A stretch of DNA of 64,000 bases, from assembly GCA_041574955.1 (NCBI GenBank), contig JBFGNS010000005.1, positions 417-64,416 of the forward strand, in the 5' to 3' direction. Positions 40,634 through 51,732 of the stretch are shown here, piece by piece. Each line of letters opens with the position of its first letter. Position 1 is the stretch's first letter. The notes beneath the pieces are model-generated. The model did no database searches. It saw nothing but the letters and a program-made list of their open reading frames with translations, and was not told the origin of the DNA. The stretch comes from Thermoanaerobaculia bacterium. Its GTDB lineage: Bacteria; Acidobacteriota; Thermoanaerobaculia; Multivoradales; JAHEKO01. A program made the translations under genes and the position numbers.

Positions 40634-42187
40634 ATGGATATGGAGCTTCTAGCCGCTCGCGCTCTGCTCGCACTCTACTACTCGGTTCTCGGTACGCTGG
40701 CGCTGTACGGGCTCCACCGGCTGGTGCTGGTCGTCGCCTACTATCGCACGCGGCACCGCGCCCCGGCACCTCCGCCGCCGCCCGACGAATGGCCGGTGGT
40801 GACCGTGCAGCTGCCGCTCTACAACGAGTTGTACGTGGCCGAACGGCTGATCGACGCGGTGTGCGCTCTCGACTACCCGCGCGACAGGCTCGAGGTGCAG
40901 GTGCTGGACGACTCGACCGACGAGACCCGCGCCATCGTGGCGGCACGGGTCGAGCACCACCGGCGGCGAGGGGTGGCGGTAGAGCACCTGCACCGCCGTG
41001 ACCGGCAGGGGTTCAAGGCCGGCGCGCTGGCCGCCGGCCTCGGCGCCGCGCGCGGCAGCCTGATCGCCGTGTTCGATGCCGACTTCGTGCCGCGGCCCGA
41101 CTTCCTGCGCCGCACCGTCCCCCACTTCGGCGACCCGGGCGTCGGCATGGTGCAGGCGCGCTGGGAGCACCTCAACCGCGGCTACTCGCTGCTCACCCGC
41201 ATCCAGGCCATCCTGCTCGACGGTCACTTCATCATCGAGCACGCCGCCCGCAACCGCGCCGGCCGGTTCTTCAACTTCAACGGCACCGCCGGCGTCTGGC
41301 GGCGGCGGGCGATCGAGCAGGCCGGCGGCTGGCGGCAGGACACCCTGACCGAGGACCTCGATCTGTCGTACCGCGCCCAGCTCGCCGGCTGGCGGTTCCT
41401 GTACCTCTCCGACGTCGTCGCGCCGGCCGAGCTGCCGGTGGACGTCAACGCCTTCAAGAGGCAGCAGTTCCGCTGGGCCAAGGGCTCGATGCAGACGGCG
41501 CGCAAGCTGCTGGGCACGGTATGGCGCGCGCCGCTGCCGTGGCGGGTCAAGCTGGAGGCGACGGTGCACCTCACCAACAACGCCTGCTATCTGCTGATGA
41601 TGGCGCTGTCGGTGTTGGTCTTCCCGGCGATGCTGCTCCGTCACGGCGACCTCGTGCTGCTGCTGCTGCTCGATCTGCCGCTGTTCCTGGCCGCCACCGT
41701 CTCGGTGCTGGTGTTCTACACCGCCAGCCAGATCGAGCGCGGCGGCGACTGGTGGCGCGAGCTGCGACGGCTGCCGGCGCTGATGGGCGTCGGGATCGGT
41801 CTGTCGGTCAACAACGCGCGGGCGGTGGTCGCAGGACTGACCCGCCAGGGCGGCGAGTTCGAGCGCACTCCCAAGTACCGCATCGAGCACCGGCGTGACG
41901 GCTGGCTCGGCAAGCGCTACCGGGTGAGACGCGACGACTCGGTGACGGCCGAGGGCGCGCTCGCTCTCGCCTTCGCCGTCTACTTCGGGGTCGCCGTGTG
42001 GCGCGGCATGTGGCCCTCGCTGCCGTTCCTCTACCTCTTCCTCCACGGCTACAGCTACCAGGTCGCGCTGACGCTGGCGCCGGCCCGCGGTGGCCGTTCG
42101 GCGCCGGCCGCAGAGCTGCCAACGGCCGGCGAGCAGCCGCCGCGCACCGCCGGCGAGCCGCTGGCCGGCGTCAACCCCGTGGCCTGA
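40634..42187 (+). CDS. Processive family-2 glycosyltransferase (cellulose-synthase/CslA-like)
   Basis: 517 aa. N-terminal TM, VQLPLYNE, VLDDSTDET, FDADFVP, TEDLDLS and QQFRWAKG (QxxRW), then 4-5 C-terminal TM segments. Confidence 0.85.
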   Translation: MDMELLAARALLALYYSVLGTLALYGLHRLVLVVAYYRTRHRAPAPPPPPDEWPVVTVQLPLYNELYVAERLIDAVCALDYPRDRLEVQVLDDSTDETRAIVAARVEHHRRRGVAVEHLHRRDRQGFKAGALAAGLGAARGSLIAVFDADFVPRPDFLRRTVPHFGDPGVGMVQARWEHLNRGYSLLTRIQAILLDGHFIIEHAARNRAGRFFNFNGTAGVWRRRAIEQAGGWRQDTLTEDLDLSYRAQLAGWRFLYLSDVVAPAELPVDVNAFKRQQFRWAKGSMQTARKLLGTVWRAPLPWRVKLEATVHLTNNACYLLMMALSVLVFPAMLLRHGDLVLLLLLDLPLFLAATVSVLVFYTASQIERGGDWWRELRRLPALMGVGIGLSVNNARAVVAGLTRQGGEFERTPKYRIEHRRDGWLGKRYRVRRDDSVTAEGALALAFAVYFGVAVWRGMWPSLPFLYLFLHGYSYQVALTLAPARGGRSAPAAELPTAGEQPPRTAGEPLAGVNPVA

Positions 42188-42190
42188 GCC

Positions 42191-42748
42191 GTGCAGCCCG
42201 CCGCCTCACCGCCGCGCGTCGAGCTCCGCCCCGCCCGGCCGGGCGACGCCGAGCGGCTCAGGGCGTGGCGAGCCGAGCCCTCGATCGGCCGGTTCCAGCC
42301 GCTGGGCGAAGTGTCGACTTCCCAGCTGCGCGCCGAGCTGGCCGGCCAGCGCAACGACGACCTGTACCGCGGACACGGCGAGAAGTTCCAGTGGATCGTG
42401 CTCGCCGACCACGAGCCGGCCGGCTGGATCACGCTGGTTGTGACCAACTGGGAGCACGGGCTGGCCGAGTTCGGCTACGCGCTGTCGACGCCGTTCCAGC
42501 GCCGCGGGCTGATGGCGCCGGCGATCGAGCAGCTGCTGGCCGATCTGTTCCTCAACAGCCGGATCGAGCGGCTGGAAGCGCGCTGCGCGGTGGCCAACGC
42601 CGGCTCGATCAAGCTGCTCGAGCGGCTGGGCTTCCGCCGCGAGGGCACCCTGCGCGGCTACTTCGAGCTCGGCGGCCAGCGAGTGGACAACTACCTGTAC
42701 GCCATGCTGCGCGAAGACTACCTGCGGCTCGTCGTCGCCGGCGGCTAG
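42191..42748 (+). CDS. GNAT family N-acetyltransferase (RimJ/RimL-like)
   Basis: 185 aa, GTG start 3 nt after the GT2 stop. GYALSTPFQRRGLMAPAIEQLL (acetyl-CoA site) and AGSIKLLERLGFRREG. Confidence 0.75.
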   Translation: MQPAASPPRVELRPARPGDAERLRAWRAEPSIGRFQPLGEVSTSQLRAELAGQRNDDLYRGHGEKFQWIVLADHEPAGWITLVVTNWEHGLAEFGYALSTPFQRRGLMAPAIEQLLADLFLNSRIERLEARCAVANAGSIKLLERLGFRREGTLRGYFELGGQRVDNYLYAMLREDYLRLVVAGG

Positions 42749-42764
42749 CCCGGCGCGGCGCCGG

Positions 42765-44962
42765 CTAGAGCGGCTCGAGCGAGGCGTAGCGCGCCAGCAT
42801 CTTGCGCTTGCCGGCGCGGTGGAAGAAGACGGTCAGCTTGAGGTTGTCGCCCTCGCCGTCGACCTCCAGAACGACGCCGTCGCCGAGCGTCGGGTGGCGC
42901 ACCCGGCCGCCGCGGCGCAGACCGCCGGCGGCGCCCTGGTCGGCCGGTGACGGCGCCGGCCGGGGGCGGTCGAAGAAGTCGTAGGCGCCGCTGGTTCGGC
43001 GGCTGTAGAACAGCTCCGGGCTCTCGTGGGTCACCAGGCCGTCGGCCGGCAGCTCGCGCAGGAAGCCGGACTCCTCCTGGTCCTGGTAACGGCCGGCGAT
43101 GCGCCGGCGGCGGCAGCAGGTCAGGAACAGGCGCCGGCGCGCGCGCGTCATGCCGACGTAGAGCAGCCGCCGCTCCTCCTCGAGGTCGTCGGGCTCGCCC
43201 TGCGAGTTGGCGTGCGGCAGCAGACCGTCCTCCAACCCGGCCACCGCGACGGCGTCGAACTCCAGGCCCTTGGCGCTGTGCAGGGTCATCAGCGTCACAC
43301 CCCGCTCGCGGTCCCAGCTGTCGATGTCGGTGACCAGCGCCACGTGGTCCAGGAAGGCGGTCAGCCCGTCGTCGCCGGAAAGCTCGGGCCGCTCGGTGAA
43401 CTCCTGCGCCGCGGTCAGGAACTCGCGCAGGTTCTCCAGCCGGGCCTCGGATTCGGGGTCGTCCTTCTGCCGGTACAGGTCGGCGTAGCCGGTGGCGTCG
43501 AGCAGCCGGTCGAGCAGCGCCGACAGCGGCAGCTCCTCGGCCGCCGCCGCCAGCTCCTCGATCAGGCGGCGGAACGCCGCCAGCGCCTTGCCGCCGCGTG
43601 GCGGATAGCTGCCCAGCTCGGCGTGCGCCAGCGCTTCCCACAGCGAGCCGCCGTACTCGCTGGCGTGCGTCAGCAGGAGCTCGCGGGTGGCTTTGCCGAT
43701 GCCGCGCGGCGGCTGGTTGAGCACCCGCAGCAGCGACAGGTTGTCGCGCGGGTTGCGCACCAGCCGCAGGTAGGCCACCAGGTCCTTGATCTCGGCACGC
43801 TCGTAGAAGCGCACCCCGCCCACCAGGTCGTACGGCAGCCCGCGCCGCATCAGCTCCTCTTCGAAGGCCCGGGTCTGGGCGTTGGTGCGCACCAGCACCG
43901 CGGTCGCCGACAGCGGCGTGTCCGGCAGGTCGGCGAGCGCCGCCACCAACCAGCGCGCCTCGTCGCCCTCGTCGCGAGCCCTGTACAGCTCCGGCAGCTC
44001 GCCGCCGGCGCTGTCGGTCCACAGCCGCTTGGCGCGCCGCCGCTGGTTGTGCTCGACCAGCGCGCCGGCGAGATCCAGGATGGCCTGGGTGGAGCGGTAG
44101 TTTTGCTCGAGCTTCCTGACCTTGGCCGTGGGGAAGTAGCGCTCGAACTCCAGCACGTTGTCGAGGTCGGCGCCGCGCCAGCGGTAGATCCCCTGATCCT
44201 CGTCGCCCACCGCGGTGAGATTGCCGCCGGCGCCGATCAGCTCGTGAACCATCCGCATCTGGGCGTGGTTGGTGTCCTGGAACTCGTCCACCAGCAGGTA
44301 GCGGATGCGCTCCTGCAGCCGCTGGCGGATGTCCTGCTCCCCGACCAACAGCCGCACCGCCAGCCGCAGCATGTCGTCGAAGTCCACCGCGTTCGAGTCG
44401 TACAGCTGCTTCTGGTAGCCGCGGTAGACCTGCGCCACCTTGCGCTCGATGTACTCGCCGGCCTCGGCCTCGTACTCGGCGGGGCCGAGCAGCCGGTTCT
44501 TGGCGGCGCTGATCGCGGCCAGCATACGGCGCGCCGGAAACGCCGTTTCGCTGAGCCCCTCATCGGCCAGCGTCCGCTTGACCGCCGCCACCTGATCGTC
44601 GCGGTCGAAGATGGCGAACCCCGCCGGCAGCGCCACGCGGCTGCCCCAACGGCGCAGCAGGACGAGCGCGAAGCGGTGGAAGGTGCCGACGAAGCTGGGC
44701 AGCGGCGTGACCCCGAGCAGCCGTTCGATCCGCTCCTGCATCTCGCCCGCAGCCTTGTTGGTGAAGGTCACCGCCACCACCGACTCGGGCACCACGCCAC
44801 GCTCGCGCACCAGCCAGGCGACGCGGTAGGTGATCACCCGCGTCTTGCCGGAGCCGGCGCCCGCCAGCACCAGCTGCGGCCCGTCACCGTGGGTCACCGC
44901 CGCCCGCTGTTCGGGGTTGAGGTCGGCCTCCAGGTCGAGGTGCGGCGTCGCCGGGCCCGCCC

Positions 44963-44966
<4 letters not shown>
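42765..44966 (-). CDS. uvrD: UvrD/PcrA family ATP-dependent DNA helicase
   Basis: 733 aa from ATG 44966 (MRAGPATPHLDLEADLNPEQRAAV). Walker A AGAGSGKTRVITYR, DEFQDTN and TLHSAKGLEFD. Start overlaps the glmS stop. Confidence 0.9.
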
Positions 44967-46789
<1,823 letters not shown>

Positions 46790-46793
46790 CGCT

Positions 46794-48194
46794 TCAGTCC
46801 TCGCGCCGCTTACGGCGCGCCGCCCAGCCTGTCACGTTGCGCTGGCGGCCGCGCTCCACCGCGAGGGCGCCGTCGGGCACGTCCCGGGTGATCACCGAGC
46901 CGGCCGCCGTGGTCGCCTCGTCGCCCACCTCCACCGGCGCCACGAGCATCGTATCGCTGCCGATGAAGGCGCGCCGCCCGACCACCGTGCGGTGCTTGCG
47001 CTCGCCGTCGTAGTTGCAGGTGACGGCTCCGGCACCGATGTTGGCGCCGTCTCCGATCTCGGCGTCGCCGATATAGGCCAGGTGGTTGGCCTTGACACCC
47101 GCGCCCAGCCGGGCGTTCTTGACCTCGACGAAGTTGCCGGTGCGCGCCCCGCTCTCGAGAACGGTGCCGGGGCGCAGGCGCGAGAAAGGTCCCACCCGGC
47201 AGCGGTCGGCGACCTCGACGCCGTCCAGCACCGAGTAGGGCGCCACTTCGACGCCGTCGCCCAGCCGCGAGTCGCGCAGCCAGACGCCCTGGTGCAGGAC
47301 GCAGGCACGCCCCACCACGCTGGCGCCGGCCAGCCTCACCCCGGCGTGCAGCACCGTGTCGGCGCCCACCTCCACCTCCGGCTCGACCGAGATCCTGGCC
47401 GGCTCGAGCAGCGTGACGCCGGAGCGCTGCAGCTCCCCGGCGCGCCGGTCGAGTAGAGCCCGGTGGGCGCGCGCCAGATCGGCCTGGTCGTTGACCCCCA
47501 GCGCTTCCGAGGGATCGTCCAGCTCGACGGCGGCGACGGCGTGCGCGGCGGCGGCGGCGCTGAGGGCGTCGGTCAGGTAGAGCTCACCGGTCACGGGGTC
47601 CGGCTCGAGCCCGTCCAGGAAGCCGAAGATCTCGGGCGCCGGCAGCAGGTACAGCCCGGCGTTCACCCGCTTCTCGGCCAGCTCGGCGGGCGACGCGCCA
47701 GCGGCTTCGACGATGCGCACCAGCCGGCCGTTGTCGACCAGCGCCCTGCCGAGCGAGCCCGGCTCGGCGAGGCGCGCCACCGCCAGCGAGCCCCAGACGC
47801 CGGCAGCGGCCTCGATCAGCCGGGTCAGGGTCGCCGGCCGCACCAGCGGCACGTCGCCCGACAGCACCAGCAGGCGGGCCGCACCGTCGAGCGCCGCGGC
47901 CACCTGCGCCAGCGCGTGACCGGTGCCGCGCTGCTCGGCCTGCTCCACCCAGTCCAGGTCTTCTCCGCGCACCGCGGTGCGGATCTCGTCGGCGCCGTGG
48001 CCCACCACCACCACCTGCCGCCGGCAGCCGGCGGCGGTCGCCGCCGCCAGCACCCGCTCGAGCATCGGCCGGCCGGCCACCTCGTGCAGCACCTTGGGCC
48101 GCTGCGAGCGCAGCCGCGTACCCTTGCCAGCCGCCAGCACCACCGCCACCAGCGGTCGCTCGCCGGTGGTGCCGGCTGCTCGCAGATCGGCCAT
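46794..48194 (-). CDS. glmU: Bifunctional UDP-GlcNAc diphosphorylase / GlcN-1-P N-acetyltransferase
   Basis: 466 aa. VVLAAGKGTRLRSQRPKVLH, then a C-terminal left-handed beta-helix of hexapeptide repeats. Confidence 0.9.
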   Translation of the reverse strand: MADLRAAGTTGERPLVAVVLAAGKGTRLRSQRPKVLHEVAGRPMLERVLAAATAAGCRRQVVVVGHGADEIRTAVRGEDLDWVEQAEQRGTGHALAQVAAALDGAARLLVLSGDVPLVRPATLTRLIEAAAGVWGSLAVARLAEPGSLGRALVDNGRLVRIVEAAGASPAELAEKRVNAGLYLLPAPEIFGFLDGLEPDPVTGELYLTDALSAAAAAHAVAAVELDDPSEALGVNDQADLARAHRALLDRRAGELQRSGVTLLEPARISVEPEVEVGADTVLHAGVRLAGASVVGRACVLHQGVWLRDSRLGDGVEVAPYSVLDGVEVADRCRVGPFSRLRPGTVLESGARTGNFVEVKNARLGAGVKANHLAYIGDAEIGDGANIGAGAVTCNYDGERKHRTVVGRRAFIGSDTMLVAPVEVGDEATTAAGSVITRDVPDGALAVERGRQRNVTGWAARRKRRED

Positions 48195-48198
48195 CGGC

Positions 48199-49224
48199 CT
48201 ATTGTGGGCCTTCCGCGACGGCGGTCAACCGACTCGGCAGCAGGGCGAGCAGGGCGGCGGCGAGCTTGTCGGGGTCGTGCCGGATCAGCTCGCCGTCGGC
48301 CAGCAGGTCGGCGCCCACCACCTCCACCCGGTGCGCCGCCAGCGCCCGGCGGTCGACCGCGACCGGCACCGAGCCCGCCTCGCGGTACGGTCGCAAGCGC
48401 TCGGCCGCCGGCTCGGTGGTGTTGACCATCAGACAGTCGACCAGATCGCTGCCGACATGCCGCTCGAGCGCCGCCAGGTGGTCGCGAGCGTCCATGCCGT
48501 CGGTCTCCCCCGGCTGGGTCATCAGGTTCACCAGCAGAACCACCCGGCCGCGGCTGGCGCGCACCGCCTCGCGGATACCGCGGATCAGCAGGTTGGGCAG
48601 GATCGAGGTGTACAGCGATCCCGGACCCAGCACCACCAGGTCGGCGGCGCGCAGCGCCTCGGCGGCGGGTCCGAACGCCGGCGCCGCGGCCGGCTCGAGG
48701 CGCATCTCGTCCAGCGGCTCGCCGGCGCGGCCGATCTGGGACTCGCCGTCGTACCACTGGCCGGAGCGGCCGCGCGCCGCCAGCCGGACGTCGCCCAGGG
48801 TCGCCGGCAGGATCCGGCCGCGCACGCTCAGCACGGTCTCGGCGGTCAGCACAGCCTGGTAGAAGTCGCCGGTAATACCGGTCAGGGCGGTCAGAAACAG
48901 GTTGCCGAACGAATGTCCCGACAGGCCCTGTCCGCCGGGGAAGCGGTACTGGAACAGCCGCGACAGCAGCGCCTCGTCATCGGCCAGCGCGACCAGGCAG
49001 TTGCGCACGTCGCCCGGCGGCAGCACGCCCAGCTCCCGCCGCAGACGGCCCGACGAGCCGCCGTCGTCGGACATGGTGACGATGCCGGTCAGCTCTTCGA
49101 TCTCACCGCCAACGCTCGCCTTGAGGCCGCGCAGCAGCACCGCCAGGCCGCTGCCCCCGCCGACCGCCGCCAGTCGGCGGCGCGGCCGCGAGCCGGAGCC
49201 GGAGGTCGGCCCTGACGACACCAC
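48199..49224 (-). CDS. yvcK: YvcK/CofD-family gluconeogenesis/cell-shape factor (UDP-sugar binding)
   Basis: 341 aa. GGGSGLAVLLRGLK, VVLGPGSLYTSILPNLL and VNLMTQPGETDG. Confidence 0.85.
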   Translation of the reverse strand: MVSSGPTSGSGSRPRRRLAAVGGGSGLAVLLRGLKASVGGEIEELTGIVTMSDDGGSSGRLRRELGVLPPGDVRNCLVALADDEALLSRLFQYRFPGGQGLSGHSFGNLFLTALTGITGDFYQAVLTAETVLSVRGRILPATLGDVRLAARGRSGQWYDGESQIGRAGEPLDEMRLEPAAAPAFGPAAEALRAADLVVLGPGSLYTSILPNLLIRGIREAVRASRGRVVLLVNLMTQPGETDGMDARDHLAALERHVGSDLVDCLMVNTTEPAAERLRPYREAGSVPVAVDRRALAAHRVEVVGADLLADGELIRHDPDKLAAALLALLPSRLTAVAEGPQ

Positions 49225-49265
49225 CCTAGCTCCGCTGCCGGCGCCCCGGCGCCGCGACTCCCGCG

Positions 49266-49898
49266 CTAGGCGACGGTGAACAGGTGCGCGTAGTCGTCTT
49301 GCGACCGCAGCGCTTCGAAATCGGGGTCGTGGTACGCATGGACGCGGTTCTTGGGGTTGAGCCGGATCGCCGTCTCGAGGAACTTGGCCGCCTTCTCGTG
49401 GTCACCGGTGGTCGCGTGGATGGCCGCCGCCAGCAGGGCGAACCGCTCGTCCTTGCTCTGCCGCCCGCCCCGCGCGCACAGCTCGAGGGCCTGCTCCAGG
49501 TTGCCCCGGTTGCGCTCGTACACGGCCTGCAGGTAGGGATCGTCCATCTCGGCCCGCTTGCGCTGGCGCTGGCGCGCCACCGCCAGATAGCGGCGCGCGC
49601 GGTTGGCCAGTTCCGGCTGGTCGGCCTGGCCGGCGGCAGTGGCGAACTTCTTCTCCGCCGCCTTCCACTTCTTGGCGTAGAGCAGATCCAGGCCCGCGGC
49701 GAGCGGCTCGACCGCCGGATCCGGCTCGGTCTCGGGAGGCGCGTAGTCCGCCGCCGAAAGCTCCAGCTCGTCGAGCTTCTTGCGCACCGTCGCCGCGTCG
49801 GTCCTGAAACGCTCGGCCAGCTCCGCCACCGTGCGCTTGGTGGCATACCGTTTCAGGTAGGTGGCGTCCTGCTTCTTCCAGCGCTTGGCCATCGTCAC
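49266..49898 (-). CDS. Hypothetical TPR-like protein, third gene of the mglBA unit
   Basis: 210 aa from GTG 49898, or 208 aa from ATG 49892. It starts 2 nt after the mglA stop. Basic N-terminus (KRWKKQDATYLKRYATKRTVAELAERF), helical TPR-like C-terminal half. No family recognised. Confidence 0.55.
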   Translation of the reverse strand: MTMAKRWKKQDATYLKRYATKRTVAELAERFRTDAATVRKKLDELELSAADYAPPETEPDPAVEPLAAGLDLLYAKKWKAAEKKFATAAGQADQPELANRARRYLAVARQRQRKRAEMDDPYLQAVYERNRGNLEQALELCARGGRQSKDERFALLAAAIHATTGDHEKAAKFLETAIRLNPKNRVHAYHDPDFEALRSQDDYAHLFTVA

Positions 49899-49900
49899 CC

Positions 49901-50485
49901 CTATTTCTTGCGCAGCTCGATCAAGATCTGCTTCGCCACCGCCTTGAGGGTGTCGAACACCCCCACTCCCTGCGTCGCCACACCCTCGAAGGTGGGCTCG
50001 CGCTTGAAGTTGAGCATCCGGTACATCTCGTCCACCGGCATCGCGTTGGGCAGGTCGCGCTTGTTGAACTGCAGCGCGTAGGCGACGGTCGCCAGGTCGA
50101 AGCCGTGCTCCTTGAGGTTGAGCTCCAGGTTGCGGATCGACTCGATGTTGGCCTCCATCCTCTCGCGCTGGCTGTCGGCCACGAACACCACGCCGTCGAC
50201 CCCCTTGAGGATCAGCTTGCGGCTGGCGTCGTAGAACACCTGACCGGGCACGGTGTAGAGGTGAAAGCGGGTGGTGAAGCCGCGGATCGACCCCAGATCG
50301 AGCGGCAGGAAATCGAAAAACAGGGTGCGGTCGGCCTCGGTGGCCAGCGAGATCATCTTGCCCTTCCGCTCCGGCGCGGTCTTGTTGTAGATGTACTGGA
50401 GGTTGGTCGTCTTACCGCCCAGGCCAGGGCCGTAGTAGACGATCTTGCAGTTGATCTCCTTGGCGGCGTAGTTGATGAAGGTCAT
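49901..50485 (-). CDS. mglA: Ras-like polarity GTPase MglA
   Basis: 194 aa. Nearly collinear with my recollection of Myxococcus MglA: [85 protein letters not shown]. Confidence 0.95.
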   Translation of the reverse strand: MTFINYAAKEINCKIVYYGPGLGGKTTNLQYIYNKTAPERKGKMISLATEADRTLFFDFLPLDLGSIRGFTTRFHLYTVPGQVFYDASRKLILKGVDGVVFVADSQRERMEANIESIRNLELNLKEHGFDLATVAYALQFNKRDLPNAMPVDEMYRMLNFKREPTFEGVATQGVGVFDTLKAVAKQILIELRKK

Positions 50486-50559
50486 GACCGTTGACGAGCC
50501 CGGGAGCGCGGAGCTTCACTGCCTGCGAAGGCCGTCGCGGCCGGCCACCCGCACCTGGC

Positions 50560-51039
50560 TCATTCGCTGAACAGCGAGTCGATGTCCTCGTCGGTGATCT
50601 CGGAGAACGGGCTCGGCGCCTCCCCGCCCGCCGCAGAGCGCTGCGCCCGGCTGCCCATCTCGTCGAAGATGCGGTCCATCTCGGCGCTTGCCCGCTTGAC
50701 CCGCAGCCGCACCAGGCCGAGCGACGAGCGCTCGTCGAAGATGACCAGCAGGATCGCCCGCCGCGCCACGATCGAGATGTGGATGTGGTCGCGCTGACCC
50801 TCGTGGAAGAGCACGGAGAACTCGCGCTCCCCGATCAGCTTGGCCAGCCCGTCGGTCGCCGCGACATTGCCGGCGGTGAGCGACGCCAGCGATGTGCTAT
50901 CGAAGTTGTCGATGTCCCCGGCCGCCGCGATCTGCTGGCCGTTCTTGTCGATCAGGAAGACGGCCTTGGCGTTGGAGTCCCGCCGCAGGCGCTTGAGCGC
51001 CTCTTCGAGACTGCGAAAATCCTCTTCGTAGACCTCCAT
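50560..51039 (-). CDS. mglB: MglB, Roadblock/LC7-domain GAP of MglA
   Basis: 159 aa from ATG 51039 (MEVYEEDF...) with a GAGG RBS; the track start TTG 51054 is also possible. KAVFLIDKNGQQIAAAG, TSLASLTAGNVAATDGLAKLIGE, SSLGLVRLRVK, and a C-terminal ITDEDIDSLFSE. Confidence 0.9.
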   Translation of the reverse strand: MEVYEEDFRSLEEALKRLRRDSNAKAVFLIDKNGQQIAAAGDIDNFDSTSLASLTAGNVAATDGLAKLIGEREFSVLFHEGQRDHIHISIVARRAILLVIFDERSSLGLVRLRVKRASAEMDRIFDEMGSRAQRSAAGGEAPSPFSEITDEDIDSLFSE

Positions 51040-51130
51040 CGCCCTCATCCTCAACAGCCCGATCCTCTTGCCGTTCGTCGAATCGAGAAGATCGGGCCCG
51101 GGCCCCGTAGGGACGCGGCAAAGGTATCAC

Positions 51131-51146
51131 AGCAAAGACGCTGCCA
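51131..51146 (-). promoter_or_regulatory. Sigma54-like -24/-12 promoter candidate for mglB-mglA
   Basis: The minus strand reads TGGCAG-cgtct-TTGCT with correct GG..GC spacing and one mismatch (C to G). It lies 77-92 nt upstream of the candidate mglB starts. Confidence 0.5.
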
Positions 51147-51200
51147 AAAAACGGCTCGCCCCGGCGCACTGCGGCTTTTCCGACCCAGCCGTGCGAGGCC
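51146..51200 (-). terminator. Second hairpin + U6 unit (terminator, attenuator or 3' end of a small RNA)
   Basis: Minus-strand RNA: GGCCUCGC pairs with GCGAGCC (one bulge) around an inner hairpin, then G-UUUUUU. The last U is the first base of the sigma54-like -24 box. Confidence 0.4.
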
Positions 51201-51211
51201 AGAACCGGCCG

Positions 51212-51243
51212 AAAAAACGGCGCGGCGGCGATCCGCCTACCGC
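51212..51243 (-). terminator. Hairpin + U6, candidate terminator after the PqqD-like gene
   Basis: Minus-strand RNA reads ...GCGGUAGGCGG-AUCG-CCGCCGCGCCG-UUUUUU, a two-part GC stem with an internal loop. It lies about 55 nt after stop 51298. Confidence 0.4.
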
Positions 51244-51297
51244 GGCGCGAGCCGGAGAGAGCCGCTGGTGATCTCGGCGCCGCGCTCGAGCAGGCCG

Positions 51298-51678
51298 CTA
51301 CCGGGGGTCGGAAGGCTCCGCGATCTCGCCCCAGCCGGGGTAGCCGACCAGTCCCCCGCGGTGCAGTGAGCGCAATAGGATGCCGAGGCGTTCCTCGGCG
51401 GGCTCGACCCGGTCTCCGAAGCGTTCCCGCAGCGCGTCGGCCACCTCGCCCACCGTCCTGCGGCCGTCGAGCAGGGTCCAGGCGAGGCTCCCGACCTCGT
51501 CCAGCCGCACCCGCTTGCTCGACATCTTCGAGCTCAGCCAGGCGATAGGCGCCCGCCACGGGCGGCTGGGGGCCGGAATCTCGATAACCACTCGGCAGGC
51601 GTCCTCTCTCCAGCCGGCCGTCCGGACGGGCACCAGCTCGAGCAGATTGCTGCCCTCCGGCGGGCCGGGAGCGCTCAT
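51298..51678 (-). CDS. PqqD-family protein (RRE-like peptide-binding fold), orphan
   Basis: 126 aa. LDEVGSLAWTLLDGRRTVGEVADALRERFGD...AEERLGILLRSLHRGGLV matches the PqqD/RiPP-recognition-element pattern by eye. Confidence 0.6.
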   Translation of the reverse strand: MSAPGPPEGSNLLELVPVRTAGWREDACRVVIEIPAPSRPWRAPIAWLSSKMSSKRVRLDEVGSLAWTLLDGRRTVGEVADALRERFGDRVEPAEERLGILLRSLHRGGLVGYPGWGEIAEPSDPR

Positions 51679-51732
51679 CTCGACAGCGTTGGGGCCCGCC
51701 GGCTCACCGGCTCGCCGGCGTCGTGCCGGGGA

